From: Cetorhinus maximus | Lineage: Eukaryota | Length of the DNA: 64,000 nucleotides | Assembly (NCBI RefSeq): GCF_964194155.1 | Contig: NC_135903.1 | Location: 2,914,001-2,978,000, forward strand | Reading direction: 5' to 3' | Shown: positions 50,785 to 61,900 of the stretch, one piece after another | Numbering within the stretch: the stretch's first letter is position 1 | Layout of the letters: each line of letters begins with the position of its first letter | Program-made: the position numbers and the translations under genes | The notes under the pieces: generated by a model | The model's database searches: none | What the model saw: only the letters and a program-made list of their open reading frames with translations | What the model was told of the DNA's origin: nothing

Positions 50785-51950
50785 GGGACTGCCCTTGACA
50801 TTAAAGCAGCCTTTGACAGAGTGTGGCATCAAGGAGCCCTAGCAAAACTGGAGTCAATGGGAATCAGGGGGAAAAATCTCTGCTGGTTGGAGTACCTAAC
50901 ACAAAGGAAGATGGTTGTGGTTGTTGAAGTCAGTCATTTCAGCTCCAGGACATCACTGCAGGAGTTCCTCAGGGTAGTGTCCTCGGCCCAAACATCTTCA
51001 GCTGCTTCATCAATGACCTTCCTTCCATGATAAGGTCGGAAGTGGGGATGGTCATTGATGATTGTACAATGTTCAGCACCATTCGCGGCTCCTCAGATAC
51101 TGAAGCAGTCTATGTCCAAATGCAGCAAGACCTGGACAACATCCAGGCTTGGGCTGACAAGTGGCTAGTAACATTCACACCACACAAGTGTCAGGCAATG
51201 ACCATCTCCAGCAAGAGAGAATCCAACCATCGCACCTTGACATTCAATGGCATTACCATTACTGAATCCCCCACCATCAACATCCTGGGGGGTTACCATT
51301 GACCAGAAACTGAACTGGACTAGCCATATAAATACTGTGGCTACAAGAGCAGGTCAGAGGCTAGGAATCGTGTGATGAGTAACCCATCTCCTGACTCCCC
51401 AAAGCCTGTCCACCATTTACAAGGCACAAGTCAGGAGTGTGATGGAATACTCCCCACTTGCCTGGATGAGTGCAGCTCCCACAACACTCAAGAAACTTGA
51501 CGCCATCCAGGACAAAGCAGCCCACTTGATTGGCACCACATCCACAAACATTCACTCCCTCCACCATTGACACACAGTGGCAGCAGTGTGTTCCATCTTC
51601 AGCATGCACTTCAGGAATTCACCAAGGCTCCTTCGACAGCAACTTCCAAACCAACGACCACTACCATCTAGAAGGACAAGGGCAGCAGATAGATGGGAAC
51701 ACCACCATCAAGGAGTTCCCCTCCAAGTCACTCACCATCCTGACTTGGAAATATATCGCCATTCCTTCACTGTCACTGGGTCAAAATCCTGGAACTCCCT
51801 CCCTAACAGCACTGTGGGTGTACCTACGCCACATGGGCTGCAGAGGTTCAAGAAAGCAGCTCACCACCACCTTCTCAAGGGCAACTAGGGATGGGCAATA
51901 AATGCTGGCCCAGCCAGCGAAGCCCACATCCCATGAATGAATAAAAAAAA
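50785..51950 (+). mobile_element. 5'-truncated CR1-like LINE (RT to A-rich tail)
   Basis: ALDIKAAFDRVWHQG, GVPQGSVLGP (frameshifted), VIDD; ends CCCATGAATGAATAAAAAAAA. Confidence 0.88.
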
Positions 51951-52329
51951 ACTCAGTCATGACTGCAGTGGATGCTATCTATCCCCCAATTATTGAATCC
52001 CCAATAACTATAACATTTATATTCTTCTCCTCCCTTCCAATGAATTACTCCTGCTCCATGATGCCTTAGACATGACCCAATGGTGGAGAGGCAGCATGAC
52101 TGGTAATCGAATTAAAGGTGTTACTGGAGGGGAACAGTTGGGTATCATAGCCAGATAAATTGAAGCTGATCTCATGTTTTTTCAAGGATGTCACCGAACA
52201 GCACTACAGGGATATGGAGAAGACTGGGTCCGAATGACAGCAGCAGATATTAACTCAGACTTTAAATGTCTTGGGGAAAGCAACTGACTGGACTGATTAG
52301 CTGAAAAAGTAACTTGTGAGTTGGCCTGA

Positions 52330-53465
52330 GTGTAACTGAATGCATCAGCTTTGACTGTAGCGGGGGCAGTGACTGAATGTAGCAGCTTCAGAAAGCAGCA
52401 GAGGGCAGTGACTAAGGGCTTCAACCTGAGACTGCAGCAAAGACACAGAGTGATTATACCAGCTTGAAACTGCAGCAGAGGCAGTGAATGAACATATCAG
52501 CCTGAGACTGCAGCAAGGGCATTGAGTGAATGCATCAACTTGTGACAGCAGTTGGGACACTGAGTGAATATATCAGCCTTACACTATAGCAGGGACACTG
52601 AATATATCAGCACGGACACAGAGTGAATATATCAGCCTGAGACTGCAGCAATGGACACTGAGTGAGACACAGTGTAAGTTCAAAGGGAACCTCATTTATG
52701 CTAGTAAACTGGAATTCTGCCAAAATAATGATGGCAAAGCAGAGGGATCTCCAAGGAGACATATCCCTTATGTTTAAGGTTGCCAAATCTATCTGATTTT
52801 GTAATTTTCAGTATCACAGTGTAACAAAATGACCTCTGCTTTTCATAGCTTTTTGAAATTCAACATTTTCCTCAGCAATCAGAATAAATTGTAATGCTGG
52901 TTTGGAATATTAATGTGCATTGCATCACACTGAGTGAACATATCAGCCTCATGACTGCAGCAGGCATAGAGAGAATATAAGCCTGAGACTGCAGCAGGGA
53001 CATTGAGTGAATACATAAGCTTTAGACAGGAGCAGGGACAATGAATAAATAGATCAGGCACACACTATAGCAGGGAAACTGTACAGATCAATCTGAGCCT
53101 GTGGCAGGGACACTGCGTGAATAAGCCTGAGACTGTATCAAGGGCATTGAGTGAATCATCAGCCTCAGATGCAGAAAATTCAGACTGCAGCAGGTTATAT
53201 CAGCCCCACACTATAACTGCAGCAGGGACACTGTATAGATCAGCCTGAGACTGCAGCAGGGACACTGAGTGAATACGTCAACCTAACACGATAAGCGTGA
53301 CACTGTATGGATCAGCCCGAGACTGTATCAAGGGACACTGAGTGGAAGATAAGTCTGAGCCTGTAGCAGGGACACTGAGTGAATCTATCAGTCTGAGACT
53401 GCGGCAGGGACAGTGTGGATCAGCCTCAGAATATAATGTGGACACTGAGTGAATCCATCAGCCTC
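52330..53465. repeat. Degenerate ~38-bp minisatellite in two blocks (~52330-52670, ~52925-53465)
   Basis: Consensus CAGCCTGAGACTGCAGCAGGGACACTGAGTGAATATAT. Confidence 0.85.
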
Positions 53466-55334
53466 ACATACTAACTTAGGAAATAGGAGTGGGACTAGGC
53501 CATTAGGCTCCTTAAATCAGCTCTGCCATTCAATTAGATAATGGCTGATCTTCTATCTCAATGCTATTTTCCCGCACTATCCCCATATCATCGATCTCTG
53601 TTTTGAATCTACTCAATGCCTGAGCCTCCACAGCCCCCTGGGGTGGAGAATTCCAAATATTCACCATCCTCTGAGTGAAGAAATTTCACCACATCATAGT
53701 CCTAAATGGCCTTGTCATGAAAGTATTCTCATAATATTATTGTGATTTATTGTAAAAGTAGGATTATAGTGGGGTCTGGATAGTTTCTCTCCGTGTGTGG
53801 TGAGGATTTAATTGCATTGGAGATAGCTGGTCTGGAGGCATTGATTCATCAAAAGAAGCTGGGTTTGAAATGCTGAATTCAAGTAAACATGGCTGTAGGC
53901 TTAGAATGTAAGGTGAGGGGAATTTGCATTTTTAAAATATAAATCAGGGCAGTTTGAATTTTAAAGAGATGGTAGGATGTTTACACCTAGCCAGAGAAGC
54001 TAGGCCAAGCAGTGCTTTTATTTTTCCCAAAGGTTACTGACAATATGAGCATCATGAAAAGATTTATCTTATGAGAAAGGTAAAGTTCCAAACACATATG
54101 GGAACAATGGAATTTACATTAAATGGGAGAAACATGTATAAAGGAGAATGAGGCTATGGGTGAGGGAAGGCATTGTAAGATATAACAGGAGTGTGAGAAG
54201 CTTCCAGTATTTGTGCATTAAGCCTGCTGTCTACAGAAACTGAAGCTGGGAAAAGCCACTTTGAATTCTGTGGTCCAGGGTATTGTTTTGATTTGCCTGG
54301 ATCTGTTTAAAATCTATTTTTTTTTACTGTTGCCTTGGCGGGGTTGTAACTGGAAGCCAGATTAATTAGTGGTTTTAGAAGTTATTATAGTAGTAATTTG
54401 TAAACCAATGTACGTGCTTGAAATCTTTTCTTTTGTTAATAAATGTTTAATTTAGTTCTTTGTAAAAAAATCTCTAAAGTCTTGGTGGACTTATTACTAC
54501 TGAATTCAGGGCACGCACCTTGAAATAAATACAAATTTCAAAACTGTTGTGATAGCAGGATCGAGTTTCCCCTGTGGATTCAATCCGCCTGGCACACATC
54601 ATCTGCCGCATTATAACAAATTGGGCTCTTTGCGGGATATTTGAAATTCCTTGATTGGTTTCGAGTTGGTGAACCTTAAGGTTACGAGTAAGAGAAATGC
54701 TTTGAATTCAGGAGTTAGTGTGAGGGATTTTTAAAGGTGAGACTGCAAAAATGGTGGTATTCAAGGCTAAAACATTTTGGAAGTAGAGGATATAACTCTG
54801 ATTTGGTTACAAAAAGTATCTAAGGGTAAGTTAACAGAGTTGGTGGATAAATTGCAGTTGAGGTTACCTCACCTGTTTTCTACTTATTCCTTAAATTTAC
54901 CTTCCACAATGGAATAGGTTTAGCAACTCCATGAACCCCATTTATTATCAACTGTTCCTGCAATACTCCCCCGAACAATGAATATCACTATCCCACAACA
55001 TTAAGGATTGACCAGCCTCGTTTCTCTTAAAATTTTATTACCTTTACCTACTCCACCCTGTACAAATGGAAAGACTTTCCCTTCGTATACAAAATCTTTA
55101 AGCATTTCTGCAACCAGCTCCTCAGAACTCCCTTGGGTAAATTGTGAACACATTCCTATTTCTTTACCTATCACTGATTCTTCTTGTTTTACCTGTACAC
55201 AAACCATTGATTTTTCTTGTGCGTGAACCTCAGAACATGCAGTACTTTTACTTCTAGAAGAAAGAGGCAGAGGGTGTGCCATGTAAATATGCTTTAAAAG
55301 TACTTTGACAGGGAGGAGGACCAGAAGGAGGTAT

Positions 55335-56110
55335 TAGTGGTGTGTGTAATTCGTTGATCCCAATGCGGTTTCCTCTACATAGGAGAGACCAAACGCAGAC
55401 TGGGTGACCACTTTGCAGAACACCTTCGGTCTGTCCGCAAACATTACCCAGACCTCCCTGTCGCTTGCCATTTCAATACTCCACCCTGCTCTCATGCCCA
55501 CATGTCCGTCCTTCGCTTGCTGCATTGTTCCAGTGAAGCTCAATGCAAACTGGAGGAACAGCACCTCATCTTCCGACTAGGCACTTTACAGCCTTCCGGT
55601 CTGAATATTGAGTTCAACAATTTTAGATCATGAACTCTCTCCTCCATCCCCACCCCCTTTCCGATTACTCCCCCCCTTTTTTTCCAATAATTTATATAGA
55701 TTTTTCTTTTCCCACCTATTTCCATTATTTTTAAATGTATTTCCATCCATTGTTTTATCTCTACCTTTTAGCCTTTTTTGATTCCTTCACCCCACCCTAC
55801 CCCCACTAGGGCTATCTGTACCTTGCTTGTCCTGCTCTCTACCCTTAATTAGCACATTCCTCAGATAATATCACCACCTTCAACACCTCTTTGTCCTTTT
55901 GTCTGTGACATCTTTTGGTTATCTCTACCTATCACTGGCCCTCTATCCAGCTCTACTTGTCCCACCCCCTCTTAAACTAGCTTATATTTCACTTCTCTTC
56001 TATTTTTACTTAGTTTTGTTGAAGGATCATTCAGACTCGAAACGTTAACTGTGTTCCTCTCCGCAGATGCTGCCAGACCTGCTGAGTTTTTCCAGGTATT
56101 TTTGTTTTTG
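55335..56110 (+). mobile_element. Penelope-like 3' fragment inside the LTR element
   Basis: GIY-YIG remnant (CTACATAGGAGAGACCAAACGCAGACTGGG) and the same terminal segment as 57263-58195. Confidence 0.85.
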
Positions 56111-56304
56111 TCATGTGTCATAAATTTGTCCTTCCAATATTATTCCCACAAATAATTTTGTGTGATAGCAATAACTTCTCCAAATCACTTTGACACTTGC
56201 CTGGAAGGTAACTCAATATTACATAAAAATTTTCAAGTACCACCTCATTATCCAATCAATTTCAGAATCCTTCATTTCTACCTCTTTCTCCTTATCAAAT
56301 GTGT

Positions 56305-58530
56305 TAGCTACACATGATGTGGGTGTAGAAGGTTCATCTTCGATAAGGCAACTTCCTTATAGATTAAATAAAGCAAAGTTATCACAAGTACAGAAAGAAA
56401 TCGAATTCATGCTTCAAAATGACATCAAGTCTAGTTGCAGTAACTAGATTTTGCCAATTGTGATGGTACCGAAACTGGATGGAACACAAAGACTGTGTGT
56501 GGACTATCGAAAGGTAGATGCAGTGACAAAAGTGAATTCATATCCTATACCACAGTTGGAAGATTGCATTGAGAAAGTGGGACAATCAAAGTTTATCACA
56601 AAGATTGACATGCTGAGAGGATATTGCCAAGTATCGTTATTGGAGAGAGCAAAGGAGATATTGGCTTCTGTGATGCCAGATGGACTATGTCAGTTTAAGA
56701 TCTTGCCATTTAGTATGAAAAATGCACCTGCAACATTTCAAAGACTGACAGACAAAGTAATTGCAGGACTGAACAATTGTGCTGTTTATATTGATGACTT
56801 GATAGTTTTCAGTCAAATGTGGGAGGAGCATTTACAACATCTGGGAGAATTATTTAGTCAACTACAAGGAGCTAATTTGGTGATGAACTTGGCTAAAATT
56901 GAATTTGCAAAAGCACAAGTTACATATCTAGGCCAGACCATTGGACATGTTAAGGTGGCTCCAAGAGATGTGAAAGTTAAAGCTATCATGGATTTCCCCG
57001 TGCCTACAACAAAATGAGAAGTCTTGAGATTTTTGGGCATGAGTGAGTTTTACAGGAAATTTATACCAAATTTTAGCAGTGTGATTGCTCCATTGACTGA
57101 ACTATTAAAAAGAACAAGAAGTTTCAATGGACACAGGAGTGCCAGAAGGCATTTGACAGTTTGAAAACTGTATTAACCATGACACCAGTTTTGGCAGTAC
57201 CCAATTATGCCAAGCAATTTAAGTTGGCCATTGACGCAAGGGTTATAGGCATTGGGGTTGTAATGTCCCCATGCCCACGCAGAAGATGCAACACCTGACC
57301 CTTCACTTACTCTTTCCTCACCTTCCAAGGGCCCAAACACTCCTTTCAAGTGAAGCAGCATTTCACTTGCATTTCCCCTAACTTAGTCTACTGCATTCGT
57401 TGCTCCCAATGCGGTCTCCTCTACATTGGAGAGACCAAATGTAAACTGGGCGACTGCTTTACAGAACACCTGCGGTCTGTCCACAAGAAAGACCCAAACC
57501 TCCCTGTCGCTTGCCATTTTAACACTCCACCCTGCTCTCTTGCCCACATGTCTGTCCTTGGCTTGCTGCATTGTTCCAGTGAAGCCCAACGCAAACTGGA
57601 GGAACAGCACCTCATCTTCCGACTAGGCACTTTACAGCCTTCTGGACTGAATATTGAATTCAACAACTTTAGATCTTGAACTCCCTCCTCCATCCCCATC
57701 CCCTTTCCATTTCTTCCCCCTCCCTTTTGTTTTTTCCAATAATTTATATAGATTTTTCTTTTCCCACCTATTTCCATTATTTTTAAATCTATACCTGTAA
57801 TGCCCTGTCAGTCTTTCCACCCCACCCCCACTAGAGCTGTACCTTGAGTGTCCTGCCATCCATTCTTAATTAGCACATTCTCTTAGATAATATCACCACC
57901 TTTAACACCTCTCTGTTCCTTTGTCTGTAACATCTTTTGATTATCTGTTCCTATCACTGCTTGCTTGTCCCTACAACCACCCCCCCCCCCCCACCACAAC
58001 TTCTCTCCCCCCACCACCTTAAACCAGCTTATATTTCACCCTTCTCCTGAAATTGCTCAGTTCTGTTGAAGGGTCATGAGGACTCGAAACATCAACTCTT
58101 TTCTTCTCCGCCGATGCTGCCAGACCTGCTGAGTTTTTCCAGATAATTCTGTTTTTGTTTTGGATTTCCAGCATCCGCAGTAGTTTTTTGTTTTTATTGG
58201 GGTTGTACTGTTGCAAGAAGATGAAACTGGAATTGAGAAACCGATAGGATATTTCTCAGGGAAGTTGAATGTACAACAGAGAAGATATTCAATGATCAAA
58301 AAGGAGAATCTGGGTCTTGTGTTAGTGTTGCAGCATTTCGAGATTTATGTTGCAAACAATTTGTCAGAAACAATTGTTTACACAGACCACAATCATTTAA
58401 AGTTTCTGGACAAATTTCGAGACTGAAGTACAAGACTGTTCAGATGGAGTTCATTATTGCAGTCATTTAATCTACAGGTTATACATGTGGCTAGACGAGA
58501 AAATCTAATTGCTGTTGATTTGTCGAGAGT
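56305..58530 (+). pseudogene. Gypsy pol RT-RNase H, disrupted
   Basis: HDVGVEGSSSIRQLPYR; PIVMVPKLDGTQRLCVDYRKV; FSMKNAPATFQRL; YIDD. RNase H DA..IGIGVVLLQ, KPIGYFS, IVYTDHNHL. Stops and frameshifts present. Confidence 0.9.
57263..58195 (+). mobile_element. Penelope-like 3' fragment with 12-bp TSD, inserted in RNase H
   Basis: KQHFTCISPNLVYCIRCSQCGLLYIGETK...GLNIEFNNFRS. ATTGGGGTTGTA at 57251-57262 and 58196-58207. Confidence 0.9.
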
Positions 58531-59734
58531 CCAAAGCTCAAAGGAAAATTGGACATTTAAAACCTGGACACTGGGCTGAAATGATTTCTGTTGATACCAA
58601 GGATTTTTACACATATATATATGATATTGTATGCATCTAGTAATGTAATAGTGTGAGTATATAGATAAGCATAGGAGGTAGTGTAAGATGGGTTAAGAAA
58701 ATGAAGCCGTCTTTTTAAATTACGATGGTTCATTTTCTCGTAAGCAGGGGGGTGTCATAAAAAGTATAATTCTCAATATTATTGTGATTTATGGTAAAAG
58801 TAGGATAATAGTGGGGTTTGGATAGTTTCTGTCTGTGTGTGTGTGGTTTAATTGAATTGGAGACAGCTGGTCTGGAGGTTTTGATCATCAAAAGAAGCTA
58901 GGTTTGAAATACTAAACACATAAAAATGGCTGAAGTCTTAGAATGTAAGGTGAGGGGAATTTGCATTTTTTTTAGATAACTCAGGGCAGTTTGAATTTTA
59001 AAGAGGCGGTAGGATGTTTACACCTAGCCAGAGAAGCTAGGCCAAGCAGTGCTTTTATTTTTCCCAAAGGTTATTGATAATATGAGCACCATGAAAAGAT
59101 TTATCTTATGAGAAAGGTAAAGTTCCAAACACATATGGGAACAATGGAATTTACATTAAAAGGGAGAAACATGAATAAAACATAATGAGGCTATGTGTGA
59201 GGGAAGGCATTGTAAGATCTAACAGGAGTGTGAGAAGCCTTCAGTATTTGCGCATTAAGCTGCTGTCTACAGAAACTGAAGCTGGGAAAAGCCACTTTGA
59301 ATTCTGTGGTCCAGGGTGTTGTGTTGATTTGCCTGGATCTGTTTAAAATCTATTTTTTTTAAACTGTTGCCTTAATGGGGTGTAACTGGAAGCCAGATTA
59401 ATTACGGGTTTTAGGACTTATTATAGTAATAATTTGTAGACATGTATGTGCTTGAAATTTTTCTTTTGTTAATAAATGTTTAATTTAGTTTTCTAAAAAT
59501 AATCTCTAAAGTCTTGATGGACTTATTACTACTGAATTCAGGGCACGAATCTCAAAATAAATACAAATTGCAAAACCATTGTGATAACAGGATCGAGTTT
59601 CCCTTGTGGATTTGATCCACCTAGCACATATCATCTGCCACGTCATAACAACCTACCTCTGATTCCGAGACTGTGACCCTGGTTCTAGAGCCCTCAGGAA
59701 TAAAGAGTGTATGGATCGCTCTGAGACTGTATTT

Positions 59735-60710
59735 TGGAAAGGGGAACCCTCGCTCTGTGTGTGGGGGTCGGCAGAGGGCGGGCCGCTCACTCTGTTTGGG
59801 GGATGGGCCTGTTGCTGTGTGTGTGGGGGACGGGCAACTCGCTCTCTGTGTGGAGGACAGGAGGGGCGGTCCCCATGCTCTCTGTGTGGGGAATGGGACG
59901 GGCCCTTCGTTCTCTGTGTGGGGGACGGGTGAGGGGAAAGGGGCCCCCCTCGCTCTCTGTGGGGGACACAGGGAAGCCCTTGCACTCTGTGTGGGGGGCT
60001 GGGGGGCCCTTGCTCTTTGTGTGGGGAGCAAGGGGCCCCTCATTCTCTGTGTGGGGAATGGAGTGGGGGGGGGGGCAGAGAGGGCCCCTCGCTCTGTGGG
60101 GAACGGGCCTCTCTCTGTTGGGGGCAGGAGTGAGCCCTCATCCTCTATGGGGAACATGGTGTGCCCCTCACTCCCCGTATGGGGAACGGGCCCCTCGCTC
60201 GCTATGATGTGGAAAGGGGACCCTCGCACTCCGTGATGGGGAATGGGGCCCCTTGTTCTCTATGATAGGGAATGGGGCCCCTCGCTCTCTATGATAGGGA
60301 ATGAGCCCCCCTCACTCTCTATGATAGGGAATGGGGCCCTTCACTCTCCGTGATAGGGAATGAGACCCTCACTCTCCGTGATAGGGAATGAGCCCCTCAC
60401 TCTCTGTGATAGTCAATGTGTCCCCCTCACTCTCTATGATAGTCAATGAGCCCCCCTCACTCTCTGTGATAGTCAATGAGACCCCCTCACTCTCCATGAT
60501 AGGGAAGGAGCCCCTCACTCTCTATGATAGTCAATGAGCCCCCCTTACTCTCTGTGATAATCAATGAGACCCCCTCACTCTCTATGATAGTCAATGAGCC
60601 CCTCACTCTCTATGATAGTCAATGAGCCCCCCTCACTCTCTGTGATAGTCAATGAAACCCCCTCACTCTCTATGATAGTCAATGAGCCCCTCACTCTCTA
60701 TGATAGTCAA
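59735..60710. repeat. ~27-32-bp minisatellite with graded unit sequence
   Basis: CTCTGTGTGGGGAACGGGCCCCTCG grades to CTCTATGATAGGGAATGGGGCCCC and then to CTCTATGATAGTCAATGAGCCCCCTCA. Confidence 0.9.
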
Positions 60711-60719
60711 CGAACAATT

Positions 60720-61900
60720 ACTTCCTCCCACGTGCTCCGTGCGTGCGACGTGCGGCTGCGTACGGGCGGCACATGCGCGGTAGCCGGGGTCCGGGAGGCC
60801 GAGGGGGAAAAACAAACCGGGAGGGGAGGAAGGAGCGAGGGGCCGGGGGTGGGGGGGGAGGGGGCTGGGAGGAGAGTGTGGAGGGGACGGGATAAGCACA
60901 GACATTAATGAACGACATCAATAATAATAATAAAAGAAAAGACACTGAATAAAAGCAGCCGGCCGCAGCGCCGCTAATCAAACCCGAGCCCGCGGCTCCG
61001 AGCCTCTGAGGGGAAATCGGCCGCCGAAGGAAACGGGGACAGGCCGCCCGCCGGGCCGGGAGCGAGCCTCCGCCAGGTCCGGGCGGCAGCCGGCTCACAC
61101 CCCGGCAGGCCATGACCATGAAGCCGGGTTTGCTGAAGCAGCCGGGCGGGGTGGCGGAGGCCGAGAAGTGGGCGGCGGACTACTCGACGGCGACCAAGGA
61201 GCTGGACGGCGGCGGAGGAGGAGGCGGGGATGAAGCGGGCGGAGAGGTGCCCGGACCCGGCGGGGATCTCACCCCTTCCAAGGGCGGCCGCAGCAGGATG
61301 AACGGCGGAGCGGCCAAAGGGAGCCGCCCCTGGGGCCGAGGAGCGGCCGTGATCCCCGGTGGAGATGGAGGCGGTGTGGGCCGAGGCGGCGGCGGCGGGC
61401 CCGGGGAAGGCGCCGTGCCCGGCCTGGATGCTCTGCACTGGGGGAAGGTGAAGAAGCAGCAGCCGCCATCGTCCCAGCCTCTGGGCCCGGGCCCCAGCCA
61501 GAGCGCCCGCCTCAAGCAGATCGTCCTCCTGCAGCTCGACCTGATCGAGCAGCAACAGCAGCAGCTCCAGCTCAAGGAGAGGGAGATCGACGAGCTGAAG
61601 GCCGAGAAAGAGACGGTGAGGAAAAATAAAATGGCGGAGGCGCATTAAAATGCCCGGTGGTAACAATGACGGGCGGTTCGGTGCTGGGGCATCGGGAAAC
61701 CATCTTAGATGGTATAAAATGGTGGCTGTCGCTGGGGCCGCGGGGCTCTCCGGGAGTTGTAGTCTTCATGCTCCCGCCGGCCATTGTAAGCAGTTGGCGT
61801 GATGTCACCGCCAGGACTACATCTCCCAAGCTGCCACGGGCTTCAGCGAGGTGGGCGAGCGACAAGCTGGACGGCCAATTCGTCGCGGAGTGATGACGTA
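60720..61900 (+). promoter_or_regulatory. MSL1: MSL1 CpG island/promoter
   Basis: Very CpG-rich. CACGTG ~60729, GCACATGCGC (NRF1-like) ~60769. Intron-1 AAAATGGCGG (YY1) ~61629, and SBS-like GGGAGTTGTAGTC ~61752 and GACTACATCTCCCA ~61816. Confidence 0.7.
61112..61615 (+). CDS. MSL1: MSL1 (male-specific lethal 1 homolog) coding exon 1; rest of gene outside window
   Basis: MTM start and Gly-rich N-terminus. MSL2-binding coiled coil LKQIVLLQLDLIEQQQQQLQLKEREIDELKAEKET. Phase-0 donor ACG|GTGAGG; 504 nt. Confidence 0.93.

Larger units (their letters stand above)
53713..59650 (+). mobile_element. Defective Ty3/Gypsy LTR retrotransposon (Gmr1-like layout) with both LTRs, inserted in a CR1 tail
   Basis: LTRs 53713-54618 and 58753-59650 (TGTCAT...ATAACA). 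Degenerate tRNA-Pro-like PBS TGGGCTCTTTGCGGGAT at 54622-54638. PPT before 58753. TSD GCCT/ACCT. Confidence 0.92.

Noticed and set aside
52330-53465. CRISPR-like ~38-bp periodicity
   Set aside because: Head-to-tail degenerate units with no unique spacers and no cas genes.
59621-60908. ORFs in the minisatellite, and resemblance of units to bacterial tet operators
   Set aside because: The ORFs are repeat translations. The units are not palindromic tetO sequences and grade continuously into genomic repeat.
60974-61666. 230-aa antisense ORF over MSL1 exon 1
   Set aside because: A GC-rich shadow of the MSL1 frame with no recognisable features.
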